64,000 bases of DNA, from assembly GCA_028821235.1 (NCBI GenBank), contig JAPPGV010000089.1, positions 93,839 to 157,838 on the forward strand. Direction: 5' to 3'. The translations under genes and the position numbers were made by a program. The first letter of the stretch is position 1. Each line of letters opens with the position of its first letter. Shown piece by piece: positions 16,118-25,556 of the stretch. The stretch comes from a bacterium. GTDB taxonomy: Bacteria; Actinomycetota; Acidimicrobiia; Spongiisociales; Spongiisociaceae. The notes beneath the pieces are model-generated. The model had not been told where the DNA came from, made no database searches, and worked only from the letters and a program-made list of their open reading frames with translations.

Positions 16118-17322
16118 CCCGGCTCGGCCGCCATCCCGCTTGCGAAGAGCGCATCGATGTAGGCGGGCTCCATACCGGCCTCGAGCAGTGACTCCCGCGT
16201 GTGCTGGCCGAGGAGGGGCGCAGGCCGGGGGATCGGCAAGGGTTCACGGTCGATCCGGAGCGGCAGGCCGATCGCAGGGTAGGGGCCCGCCGTGTCGTGC
16301 TCCAGCGTCTGTACCGAGCCGAGTGCCCGAGCCTGGGACCCGTCCAGTACCCCGCCGATGTCGTTGATACGGTCCGCCGGTACCTGAGCCTCTGCGAACA
16401 GGGTCAGCCACTCGGCTACGTCCTTCCGGGTGGTGATCGACTCGATCTCGGCGGTCAGTTCGTCACGAGCCGCCACCCGGGAGGCGTTGTCGGCGAAGCG
16501 AGGGTCTTCTACCAGGTGCGATGCGCCGAGCGTCTCGCAGAAGCGGCGCCAGATTGCCTCCGATCCGGCGCCGGCGGCCACGAAGTGCCCGTCGCGGGCG
16601 CGGAATGCTCCGTAAGGGGCGAAGGTGGGGGAGTGGCTGCCCAGCAGGCCGGGCACCTCGCCGTTCACGAGGTACGGCGTCGCTACCGTGGCCAGCGCGG
16701 CCAGCGAGAACTCGAGCAGCGAGGTGGAGACCTGGCGCCCGAGGCCGGTTCGTTCCCGCTCGGCCAGCGCGGCGAGCACCCCGACCACGCAGGCGAGCCC
16801 AGCTCCGATGTCGGTGACCGGGACGCCGATCTTGGCGGGCCCGGTCGCTTCATGCCCCGTGACGCTCATCAGGCCGCCGGAGGCCTGGAGAATGAGATCG
16901 AACCCACCCTTCCCGGCGTCGGGACCCACGTCTCCGAAGCCGGAGACCGACCCGTAGACCAGGGAGGGAAACCGGGCGTGGACCGCGGGGTAGTCGAGCC
17001 CGTACTTGGCGAGGCTTCCGGGCCGTCCGTTTTCCAGCAGGACATCCGCGGAGGCCAGGAGCCCATCCATCGCGGGGCGGGCATCCTCTGCTCGGAAGTC
17101 GAGAGCGACGCTCTTCTTGGCGCTGTTGAGGGTCATGAACAGCACCGATTGGTCCCCCACGCGCGCGGTTCCCTGGTTCCGGTAGGGGTCTCCACCGGCC
17201 GGGCCCTCGATCTTGAGAACCTCCGCGCCCAGGGTCGCCAGAATGAAGGAGGCATACGCTCCCGAGACGAACCTGGTCAGATCGACAACTCGGATGCCGT
17301 CCAGCATGCCGTTGCCGGTCAC
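16114..17322 (-). CDS. CoA-transferase family III protein (CaiB/BaiF/Frc-like)
   Basis: 402 aa. N-terminal MLDGIRVVDLTRFVSGAYASFILATLGAEV is the family III CoA-transferase signature. Start overlaps the stop of the mutase gene (ATGA). Confidence 0.85.
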   Translation of the reverse strand: MTGNGMLDGIRVVDLTRFVSGAYASFILATLGAEVLKIEGPAGGDPYRNQGTARVGDQSVLFMTLNSAKKSVALDFRAEDARPAMDGLLASADVLLENGRPGSLAKYGLDYPAVHARFPSLVYGSVSGFGDVGPDAGKGGFDLILQASGGLMSVTGHEATGPAKIGVPVTDIGAGLACVVGVLAALAERERTGLGRQVSTSLLEFSLAALATVATPYLVNGEVPGLLGSHSPTFAPYGAFRARDGHFVAAGAGSEAIWRRFCETLGASHLVEDPRFADNASRVAARDELTAEIESITTRKDVAEWLTLFAEAQVPADRINDIGGVLDGSQARALGSVQTLEHDTAGPYPAIGLPLRIDREPLPIPRPAPLLGQHTRESLLEAGMEPAYIDALFASGMAAEPG

Positions 17323-18911
17323 CAGGGACTCGGTTCCCGGAACTCTCCGTACTCGTTCCTCATCATGTCGCTCATCTCGCCGAGCGTCCCTCCGGCCCTC
17401 GCGCAGTCCATGATCGGGGGCATGACGTTGGTTCCGGTGCGCAAGGCCTCGCGCAGGGCCGCGAGCGTCGTCCTGGCTGCAGACTCGTCACGGGTGGCCC
17501 TTCTTCGTTCCGTGCGAGCGATCTGGAGTTCCCCGATCTTGGGATCCAGGGTGAACAGCCGCGGCTCGTGTTGTGCCAGCGCGTCGTCCACGTAGCGGTT
17601 CACGCCCACCCGGACCCTCGATCCGTCGGCGATCTCCCGCTCCGTCCGGTAGGCCTCAGCGGCTATCCACCGCTGGGGTGTACCCGACTCGAGCGCCGCG
17701 ACCGCTCCCCCCAGTTCCTCCACGGCGGCCATGATCTCGCGAGCCCGGCGTTCCACCTCGCTGGTGAGCCATTCGACGTAGTAGGAGCCCGCCAGGGCGT
17801 CGACCGTGTCGGCGACCCCGGACTCGTGTGCCACGATCTGCTGTGTCCTCAGGGAGAGCGTGACGGCCTCCTCGGTGGGAAGCTCGTAGGCCTCGTCATA
17901 GCCCATCACGTGTACGGACTGGGCGCCGCCCAGCACCGCGCCCAGGCACTGGATGGTCGAGCGGATGATGTTGTTGAGAGGCTGCGCGGCGGTGAGGGTG
18001 GTACCCGAGTTACCGGAGAAGAAGCGGAGCCGTGCGGAGCGGGGATCCTTGGCGCCGAAGCGGGTAGTGGCCGTGTCGTACCAGAGTCGCCGGGCCGCCC
18101 TCAGCTTGGCGACCTCCTCGAACAGGTTCATCGTGGTGGCGAAGTGGAAGGAGAACCGGGGCGCGAAGGAGTCGAAGGACAATCCTCGGGCCAGCAGTTC
18201 CTCCGCATATGCGATGGCGGATGACATGGTCAGGCCCAGTTCCTGGACGGCATTGCATCCGGCCTCTCTGGCGTGGTACCCGGTTATGGAGATCGGGTTG
18301 AACCGGGGCAGGTGTTCGGACGACCATTCCACGATGTCCGCCACGAGCCGCATCGATGCGGCCGGAGGGAAGATGAACGCCTTGCGGGCCAGGAACTCCT
18401 TGAGCAGGTCGTTCTGGAGCGTCCCCGAGAGGTCCGCGTAGGACGCGCCCTGGCGCTCGGCCGTCACCAGGTAGAACGCCAGGATGATCGGCGCCGTGGC
18501 ATTGATGGTGAAGTTCACCGAGAGCTTGTCGAGGGGCAGACCGTCGAACAACGCGGCCATGTCGTCGGCGGTATCGACAGCCACCCCCACCCGGCCGACT
18601 TCGGCGCGGGCCATGGGATGCGACGAGTCGTAGCCGAGCTGGGTGGGCAGGTCGAAGGCCACCGAGAGCGCCGTCTGGCCCTGTTCCAGCAGGAAGCGGA
18701 AGCGGTCGTTGGCGTCCTCGGCGCTGCCGTACCCTGCGAACTGGCGCATCGTCCACAGGCGCCCGCGGTACATCGTCTCGTACGGGCCCCTGGTGAAGGG
18801 AGGGTGGCCGGGGAGGCCCAGATGGTCCCCGGGCCGGAACCCCCCGACATCGTCCTGCGTGTATAGGGGAGCGACCGGGATGCCCGAGTCGGTACGGCGA
18901 TCGCCGGTCAT
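17319..18911 (-). CDS. acyl-CoA mutase large (substrate-binding) subunit, B12-domain-less (IcmA/HcmA/split-MCM type)
   Basis: 530 aa. PGHPPFTRGPYETMYRGRLWTMRQFAGYG..A...NDRF..LL..GQTALSVAFDLPTQLGYDSSH matches the methylmalonyl-CoA mutase catalytic domain. No C-terminal cobalamin-binding domain. ATGA overlap with the upstream small subunit. Confidence 0.85.
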   Translation of the reverse strand: MTGDRRTDSGIPVAPLYTQDDVGGFRPGDHLGLPGHPPFTRGPYETMYRGRLWTMRQFAGYGSAEDANDRFRFLLEQGQTALSVAFDLPTQLGYDSSHPMARAEVGRVGVAVDTADDMAALFDGLPLDKLSVNFTINATAPIILAFYLVTAERQGASYADLSGTLQNDLLKEFLARKAFIFPPAASMRLVADIVEWSSEHLPRFNPISITGYHAREAGCNAVQELGLTMSSAIAYAEELLARGLSFDSFAPRFSFHFATTMNLFEEVAKLRAARRLWYDTATTRFGAKDPRSARLRFFSGNSGTTLTAAQPLNNIIRSTIQCLGAVLGGAQSVHVMGYDEAYELPTEEAVTLSLRTQQIVAHESGVADTVDALAGSYYVEWLTSEVERRAREIMAAVEELGGAVAALESGTPQRWIAAEAYRTEREIADGSRVRVGVNRYVDDALAQHEPRLFTLDPKIGELQIARTERRRATRDESAARTTLAALREALRTGTNVMPPIMDCARAGGTLGEMSDMMRNEYGEFREPSPW

Positions 18912-19312
18912 GGCGCGACGCCGGCGGAGGCCTCACGGAACATCCCGTTCACCACCTCATCCAGGGGGGATCCGACCGGGAACACTCGGGAGATCCCGAT
19001 CCCCCGCAGCGCGTCGGCGTCCGCTTCGGGAATGGTCCCGCCGATGACGATCGGAACGCCAGCGATTCCGGCCTTGCCTCGTTCCTCCACCAGTTGGCGG
19101 CCCAGGGCGAGGTGGGCTCCGGACAGCACCGAAATGCCGATCACGTCGGCGCTCTCCTCGATCGCCGCGGTGATGATCTGCTCCGGTGATTGCCTGAGGC
19201 CGAGAAAGATCACTTCGGCGCCGGCATCCCGGAGGGCCATCGCGATGACCTTCACGCCGCGGTCGTGGCCGTCGAGACCGGGCTTGGCCAGGAGGATCCG
19301 GGGCCTTTTCAC
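18908..19312 (-). CDS. acyl-CoA mutase small subunit, cobalamin (B12)-binding domain
   Basis: GTG start (GGGGAG SD) overlapping the upstream stop (GTGA). 134 aa. LAKPGLDGHDRGVKVIAMALRDAGAEVIFLG...VIGISVLSGAHL matches the DxHxxG B12-binding motif of MCM/IcmB/HcmB. Confidence 0.8.
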   Translation of the reverse strand: MKRPRILLAKPGLDGHDRGVKVIAMALRDAGAEVIFLGLRQSPEQIITAAIEESADVIGISVLSGAHLALGRQLVEERGKAGIAGVPIVIGGTIPEADADALRGIGISRVFPVGSPLDEVVNGMFREASAGVAP

Positions 19313-20271
19313 TCCGTCAACTCCCCGTCGCTGATCACCACCTCGCCGTCGATCTCGAGGGTGGCGGCCGCCATCACGCAGTCGAGATGGGCGGTTGCGT
19401 CGACCGTCCCTCCGTAGGCGATGGAGTTGCCGAGGGCTATGTGGGCCGTCCCCAGCGCCGACTCGGTCTCCATGGGGACCCCGCAGATGGTTCCGAGCGG
19501 GTTTAGGCCCATGGAGACCTCGGCGAGGTTGCTCATCCGGTCGTCGTCACATCGAGCGATCATCTCGAGGAGCCGGTTCCGGTGGGTGCCCTCCACACCC
19601 ACCATCCGTCCGTCCTCAAAGTGCATCACGACCGGCTCGGGAAGGGGTCCTCTGCCCATGAAGAGCAGGTCGCCGTCGATCACGGCAACTCCGGAGGTGG
19701 TTTCCTCGACCGGCGCGGTGCCGGCCTCGATGTCGGGTGGCGCCATGTACTGGCCGTCGGCCCGGGCGATCCCGTCCAGCACGCGTCCGGCCCTGTTCTC
19801 GATCGAGCCTCGCAGATCGGTCCCGGCGGGGCTGGTGAGCCTGAACCCGGACCCGCGATCCCAAGCGGTTCCCACCTTGACGGCGACGGCACGCTGGGAG
19901 TCGAAGTCGACCGTCAGGGGGCCTCCGGAGCGGAATGTGCCCAACTCGACGCCGGGCATCGCCAGGTACCTGACCCCGGCCGCCGAGGCGCGCTGACGGG
20001 CCCGGCTCGATCCGATGAACAGGCTGGTCAGCTCGATGGCGGCGCCGGCCGATAGGAGGGCGGCGGCCACCGCCGCGGGTGGCTCGGCACCCGGAATGAA
20101 GGGCATCCGCATGGCGGCAATGACAGGGACGGCCCTCCGGGACGACACCCCATCCACGAGCCCGGCCACGACCTGCGCGTCCGTGCCCTCGTCGGTCAGC
20201 AGCAGAACCTCCTCACCCGGCCGTATTCGCAGGCACGAGTCGAGCACGGTGTCGAAACCCGGGTACTTCAT
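19309..20271 (-). CDS. aminopeptidase-T (M29)/NicX-like family protein, function uncertain
   Basis: Real start at internal MKYPGFDTVLDS (ATG 20269-20271), overlapping the M20 stop (ATGA). The upstream 228 codons of the track ORF are Arg/Gly-rich junk. Weak resemblance to the COG2309 (aminopeptidase T / 2,5-dihydroxypyridine dioxygenase) family. Call is tentative. Confidence 0.45.
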   Translation of the reverse strand: MKYPGFDTVLDSCLRIRPGEEVLLLTDEGTDAQVVAGLVDGVSSRRAVPVIAAMRMPFIPGAEPPAAVAAALLSAGAAIELTSLFIGSSRARQRASAAGVRYLAMPGVELGTFRSGGPLTVDFDSQRAVAVKVGTAWDRGSGFRLTSPAGTDLRGSIENRAGRVLDGIARADGQYMAPPDIEAGTAPVEETTSGVAVIDGDLLFMGRGPLPEPVVMHFEDGRMVGVEGTHRNRLLEMIARCDDDRMSNLAEVSMGLNPLGTICGVPMETESALGTAHIALGNSIAYGGTVDATAHLDCVMAAATLEIDGEVVISDGELTE

Positions 20272-21458
20272 GCCGAGAGAGCCAATGCTGCGAACGCGGC
20301 GTAAACCTTGGCGGCGTCGTGTATGTCGGGGACGGAGAGGTTCTCGTCGGCCGCGTAGACGGGTTCCCCACCCGGACCGAAGATCACCGTCTCGACCAGC
20401 GGCCCGAAGCTGGAGGTGTCGCCCAGCCAGCCCTCGACCCGCAGCGACGGCTCCTGTCCCGGCCGCGCCGCCCGGACAGCCTCCATCATCAGGGTCACCA
20501 CATCGGACTCCCGATCCACGAGATGGCCGGGCTTCTCGTCGGCGAGCACCACCTCGGCTCTGAACCGGGGGTCCCTTTCCGCCGCTGCGGCCAGGGCACG
20601 GTCGATCTCGGCCCGGACTGTCGCCTTGCTGACACCCGGCTGGGGCCGGCAGTCGACCCGGATCACGCACTCGTCGGGGATCATGGACGGGCCGCCCGGG
20701 GGTAACCCGCCGTAGATCCGGCCGGGGGACATGAACGTCTCGCTGCCGAACATCTCCGCCACCCAGGGCTCCAGTTGAGGCTCCAGCCGGGAGGCGTCCA
20801 ACTCGATGACCGCCAGCGCGGCCAGGTAGTTGGCGTTCACGGCGTCGTACTTGTGGCAGGTGTGGGCGGAGCGTCCGTAGACATGGATGTCGAAGTAGTA
20901 CCGGCCCCGATGGCCCAGGCAGATAGTGCTCTCGCTCAACTCTCCCAGAACGCACAGGTCGGCCGGGTGGGCCTCGAAGTATGCGATCGACCCCCGCTGG
21001 TCCCCCATGTGGTCCGACACCGCCGCGAAGGCGGCTGTCCCGGAGAGCGGGAGGCCGGCCTTCCTGAGTCCTGCCAGCGCCGCGATCTGGCAGGCCAGGG
21101 CCCCCTTCATGTCCATGATCCCGTGGCCGTACACGCGGTCGTTGACGAAGTCGCCCGAGTACGGTTCGGCAACCGTCCAGCCATGCGAGACCGGCTTGGT
21201 GTCGAGGTGGCCGGTGAGCACCACCCTCCGGCCCGGACCGAACGAGAGCTCCCCGATCGCGTTGGGCCGGTTGGCCAGGACGGGCTGGAGTTTCACCTTC
21301 TCGAACCCGAGATCCCCGAGCGTGCCGGCGATGAACGCCGCCAGGGGTCCCTCCTCGCCCAGGACGCTCGGGATGCGCGACACCTCCCGGCAGAGCTCGA
21401 CGGCCAGATCGAGGTCCACTGATTTGATCGCCGTCCGCGCTATCGCGTCAGCGCCCAC
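20268..21458 (-). CDS. M20 family metallopeptidase/amidohydrolase (second copy)
   Basis: 396 aa. GHLDTKPV, GHGIMDMKGA and HRGR motifs of the ArgE/DapE/ACY1 family. Confidence 0.8.
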   Translation of the reverse strand: MGADAIARTAIKSVDLDLAVELCREVSRIPSVLGEEGPLAAFIAGTLGDLGFEKVKLQPVLANRPNAIGELSFGPGRRVVLTGHLDTKPVSHGWTVAEPYSGDFVNDRVYGHGIMDMKGALACQIAALAGLRKAGLPLSGTAAFAAVSDHMGDQRGSIAYFEAHPADLCVLGELSESTICLGHRGRYYFDIHVYGRSAHTCHKYDAVNANYLAALAVIELDASRLEPQLEPWVAEMFGSETFMSPGRIYGGLPPGGPSMIPDECVIRVDCRPQPGVSKATVRAEIDRALAAAAERDPRFRAEVVLADEKPGHLVDRESDVVTLMMEAVRAARPGQEPSLRVEGWLGDTSSFGPLVETVIFGPGGEPVYAADENLSVPDIHDAAKVYAAFAALALSA

Positions 21459-21491
21459 CCGTCTCCTCTCTCGCCGGCAGACCGCTTCGGA

Positions 21492-22352
21492 TCATCCGGA
21501 CGACGGGTCTTCGAGTGGCAAGGAAGGGTCATTCGCCCACTCGCCCATCGAGGCGTCGTAGATCGAAACCTGCTCGACACCGAGGAGGGAAAGAGCGAAG
21601 GCCGTGCTGGCGGCGGAGATGCCGCCTCCGCAGTAGGCGATCTTCCGGCTGGACCCGGTCTCGAGTGCGGGGGCGGCCCGGCTTCGCAGTTCGTCGATGC
21701 CTGCATAGGCGTGGGTGTCGTGATCGACGAGGGAACCGGCCGGTACGTTGACGGCGGTCGGGATGTGGCCGCGACGCTGGTAGAACTGAATCGTTCCGTT
21801 GTAGTGGGCCGCCGGCAGGGCGTCGACTATGGCGACGTCTTCGTCCTCGATAGCAGCGAGCACCTCCTCCTTTCCGACGAAAGTGCCCGGTCGGGGCCGG
21901 ACAGTGAATGCGGCCCTCGGATGCCGCGGCGCAGGATCACTGGTTACACGCCGGCCCTCCGACTTCCAGCGCCTAAGCCCGCCATCGAGGACCCCGGCCT
22001 CGTCGAAGCCCATGGAGTGGAGCATCCACCACACCCTGGTGGCCCACATGTTGATGTCGAAGTCGTACAGGACGACCCTCGTTCCCTCGCCGACGCCGAC
22101 CGACTCCATGACGGACACGAACTGATCGGTGGACGGCATCATGAACAGGGCTTCCGCGGTCTGGTCGGCCAGTTCGGTCATGAGATCGACATGGACACTT
22201 CCCGGTATGTGCTCCCGATCCCATCTGGGCCTGCCGCTCTCGATGTTGAGCACGCCGCCCGGCCTCTCGAAGACCACCGAGCAGTCGAGGATGCGTAGAT
22301 CGGAGGCCGACCTGTTCTCTTCTAGCCAGCCTGGTTGTACGAGCTTCTCCAC
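21492..22352 (-). CDS. rhodanese-domain sulfurtransferase (thiosulfate/3-mercaptopyruvate sulfurtransferase-like, two rhodanese domains)
   Basis: Start reassigned to GTG at 22350-22352 (MEKLVQPGWLEEN...), which has a strong AAGGAGG SD 6 nt upstream. The track's upstream ATG adds an Arg-rich leader. EHIPGSV and the catalytic CGGGISA Cys loop are present. Confidence 0.8.
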   Translation of the reverse strand: MEKLVQPGWLEENRSASDLRILDCSVVFERPGGVLNIESGRPRWDREHIPGSVHVDLMTELADQTAEALFMMPSTDQFVSVMESVGVGEGTRVVLYDFDINMWATRVWWMLHSMGFDEAGVLDGGLRRWKSEGRRVTSDPAPRHPRAAFTVRPRPGTFVGKEEVLAAIEDEDVAIVDALPAAHYNGTIQFYQRRGHIPTAVNVPAGSLVDHDTHAYAGIDELRSRAAPALETGSSRKIAYCGGGISAASTAFALSLLGVEQVSIYDASMGEWANDPSLPLEDPSSG

Positions 22353-22455
22353 CCCGAGCCTCCTTGTCCGCGGTCGTCCGGAACGATAGATGATCACCCT
22401 GTCGGGTGTCCGCGCGTACTCAGCCCGCCGAGCCAACCGGCGGCGCGGCCTCGGG

Positions 22456-23973
22456 TCAGCGCGAGATGCCCTGTCCCTGGGTCGGGATCACCGCCTCCGT
22501 GTCTATCCAGATCGACTTGGGCTGGAGGTACGCGTCCAGCGCCTCCTCGCCCAGTTCACGTCCCCCGAAGCCCGACATCTTCTGGCCGCCGAACGGAACG
22601 GCGACGTCGAACATGCCGTAGGTGTTGATCCACACCGTGCCGGCGCGCACCGCGTTTGCGAACTTCAGCGCCTTGTTGACGTCGGATGTCCACACCCCGG
22701 CCGCGAGTCCATAGCTTACGTCGTTGGCCAGCGAGATGAGTTCGTCCCAATCGGAGAACCGCAGGATCGACACCACGGGTCCGAAGATCTCCTCCTGGGC
22801 CACTGTCATGTCGTTGGTCACCCGGTCGATCACCGTCGGCTCCAGGAAGTACCCGCCCTCTAGACCCTCCACGTTGGCGTCCCGCCCGCCCGCCACGACG
22901 TCGGCGCCTTCGTCGCCGGCGACGGTGACGAATCCTCTCACCGTCTCCCGGTGGGACGCCGAGACCAGCGGGCCCATCTGGGAGTCGGGGTTCAGACCCT
23001 GGCCGAGGCGCACGCCCTTGGCCTTCTCGGTCAGTTCCTCGGCGAACTCGTCGGCGATCGAGTCCTCCACGAACAGCCGGGATCCGGCCACGCAGGCCTG
23101 GCCCTGGTTGAAGAACGCTCCTCCGAACGCGCCCGCCATGGCGGCTTCCCGGTGGGCGTCCGCGAAGACCACGTTGGGGTTCTTCCCACCCAGCTCCAGC
23201 GAAACACGTTTGAGGGAGGGAATGGCCTGCCTGAGGATCTCCTGGCCGGTACTGGTCTGACCGGTGAAGGCCACCTTGTCGATCCCCGGATGGGACACGA
23301 GCGCTCCTCCGACCTCGGGACCGGGACCGGTCACGATGTTGATCACTCCCGGCGGGATCCCGGCCTCGTTCACCAGTTCCGCGAAGCGCAGTGTGGTGAG
23401 CGGCGTCCAGGTGGCAGGTTTCCCGACGACGGTGCAGCCGGCTGCCAGCGCCGGTCCGAGCTTGTAGATGATCTCGAGCAGCGGGAAGTTCCAGGGTGCT
23501 ATGGCCGCCACGACGCCGATCGGCTCCCGCTTGCGAATGCTGACCAACCCGGGAATGCTGTTCGGGAGCAGGTCACCGTGGATCTTGGTGGCCCAACCCG
23601 CGTAGTAGCGGAGGATCTCGATCGACAGGGCGATGTCGACCAACTCCGCCTCCCACAGGGGCTTTCCGTTGTCGAGAACCTCGAGCACGGCGAACTCGTC
23701 CTTGTGCTCGTCCAGCAGGTCGCCCAGACCCCAGATGAGCCGCTGGCGCTCCGTGGGCGCCATGTCGCGCCAACCGTTCTCGAAGGCATGCGCCGCCGCC
23801 TCCACGGCCTGGTCGACCTGGTCCGGGCCGGCGACCGGTATCTCGGCCAGTACTTCGCCGGTGGCGGGGTCGGTCGTCTCGAAAGTATCGACTCCGTCCA
23901 CCCATTCGCCGCCGATGAAGAGGCGCTTGGGTCGGGTCAGGAAGTCGAGGCTGGGGCGTTCTATCACGGTCAT
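22456..23973 (-). CDS. NAD(P)-dependent aldehyde dehydrogenase
   Basis: 505 aa. ELGGKNP and FFNQGQACVAGSR (catalytic Cys) ALDH signatures. Confidence 0.9.
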   Translation of the reverse strand: MTVIERPSLDFLTRPKRLFIGGEWVDGVDTFETTDPATGEVLAEIPVAGPDQVDQAVEAAAHAFENGWRDMAPTERQRLIWGLGDLLDEHKDEFAVLEVLDNGKPLWEAELVDIALSIEILRYYAGWATKIHGDLLPNSIPGLVSIRKREPIGVVAAIAPWNFPLLEIIYKLGPALAAGCTVVGKPATWTPLTTLRFAELVNEAGIPPGVINIVTGPGPEVGGALVSHPGIDKVAFTGQTSTGQEILRQAIPSLKRVSLELGGKNPNVVFADAHREAAMAGAFGGAFFNQGQACVAGSRLFVEDSIADEFAEELTEKAKGVRLGQGLNPDSQMGPLVSASHRETVRGFVTVAGDEGADVVAGGRDANVEGLEGGYFLEPTVIDRVTNDMTVAQEEIFGPVVSILRFSDWDELISLANDVSYGLAAGVWTSDVNKALKFANAVRAGTVWINTYGMFDVAVPFGGQKMSGFGGRELGEEALDAYLQPKSIWIDTEAVIPTQGQGISR

Positions 23974-23991
23974 GTTCCGGTTGCTCCCCTC

Positions 23992-25026
23992 TCAGGCCAG
24001 GGTGAGGATCTGGCGGCCGAGCACCCGCCGTTGCCTCAGGTTCTCCAGTGCTTCGCCCGCTCCGTCGAGCGGGTAGGTGGCGGCAACCGGTACCGAGATG
24101 TGCCCGCCCGCGGCCAGGCGGATGGCGTCGGCCAGGTCGCGGACCGTGGCGGCGACGGTTGAGACCCAGACGGTCTCGGGCAGGATGAACTCGATCGGAT
24201 GTACCTCCAGCGACTCGCCGGTGTACCCGGTGGAAACGAACCGACCGTGCTTGGCCAGGGAGCGGAGGCCGGCCAGCATGGTCTTGGTCGTTCCGACCAG
24301 CTCGAAGAAGAGGTCGGTGCCACGGCCTCCCGTCAACTCACGGATCCGGTCGGGCAGGTCTTCGTAGCCCGCGGCGTCCGGCACTACGACCCCTCCGGAG
24401 GCGCCGTACGACTTGGCCATCTCCAGCTTGTCCTCGGTATCGGCGACGGCGAGGACCCGGGCGCCGGCCAGGACGGCGACCTGGAGGACCATCGAGCCGA
24501 CCCCGCCGATACCGTTCACCACGGCCGTCTCACCGACGCTCATGTTCGAGAGATGGGCGGCGTGGACCGCGGTCATACCGGCACATGCCAGGACGGAGGC
24601 GGTTCCGAAGTCCACGTTGTCGGGAAGCGCCACCAGGTTGCGGGCCGGAGCGGTGATGTACTCCGCATACCCTCCGTCCAGGTTGAAGCCGAACTGCCCG
24701 GGCTCGTTGTCGCAGATGTTCTGGCGACCGACCAGGCACTGCTCGCACGCGCCGCAGAAGATCTTGTTGTAGACAGCCACCCGGTCGCCGACCGACACGG
24801 TCGATCCGTAGCCGACCTCGACCACGACTCCGGCCGCCTCATGTCCCACGGTCATCGGGTACTCGTCAGGCTGGATCATCCCTTCGAGAACATGCAGATC
24901 GGTGGCGCACACCCCCGCCGCATGGAGCCGGACCAAGGCCTCGCCGGGTCCCGGAGATCGTCTCTCCACATCGTTCACGTTCAGGCTCAGGTCTTCGTGA
25001 ACCTGCGCGGCCTTCATCGTTGGCAT
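23992..25026 (-). CDS. zinc-dependent alcohol dehydrogenase (MDR family)
   Basis: 344 aa. GVCATDLH, GHEAAGVVVEVG and GIGGVGS Rossmann motifs. GGAGGT SD 8 nt upstream of the ATG at 25026. Confidence 0.9.
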   Translation of the reverse strand: MPTMKAAQVHEDLSLNVNDVERRSPGPGEALVRLHAAGVCATDLHVLEGMIQPDEYPMTVGHEAAGVVVEVGYGSTVSVGDRVAVYNKIFCGACEQCLVGRQNICDNEPGQFGFNLDGGYAEYITAPARNLVALPDNVDFGTASVLACAGMTAVHAAHLSNMSVGETAVVNGIGGVGSMVLQVAVLAGARVLAVADTEDKLEMAKSYGASGGVVVPDAAGYEDLPDRIRELTGGRGTDLFFELVGTTKTMLAGLRSLAKHGRFVSTGYTGESLEVHPIEFILPETVWVSTVAATVRDLADAIRLAAGGHISVPVAATYPLDGAGEALENLRQRRVLGRQILTLA

Positions 25027-25556
25027 TCTGCTGACCTCCGTACGTGCTGCTGACGTGAGTCCTGTACCGCGCCCCGGACCTGCCGTCCAGGCCGATCGCG
25101 CGATCGCTCGGCCACTGCCTCGACCACCTAAGTTAGCTGCATACGGGCGCAGCCTGCGACCGGTTGCCGGCCCTTCCTCCTACCGATCCTGGTCCGGGCA
25201 ATCGAGGTCTCCCACAACACCATTCGAGGGAGGACGGAGTGTTCGCACGATTGCAGATAGATCACCGATTTCCGGCTACTGGCTATTCCCGAAGGCCGCT
25301 AACCCGTCCGTGGGTCGTCAATCCCGCGAACACGACCGATCAGTCTCTGTGCAAGACGAGGTCGATGGTTCCGGCGCCGGCTAGTCGGGCAGGATCGTGC
25401 TCCACAGCGCATGCAAGGGAGTCCGGCATCGAGGCGAAGTCGACGAAGAGGGTGACCCGGGGTTGATCGGCGCGGGGACCCGCTCCGGATCCGGTGGTCC
25501 CCGACTGTGCGGGGAATCCAGGAAGCCGGTGCGGGTCCGACGCGATGATCAGTCGA

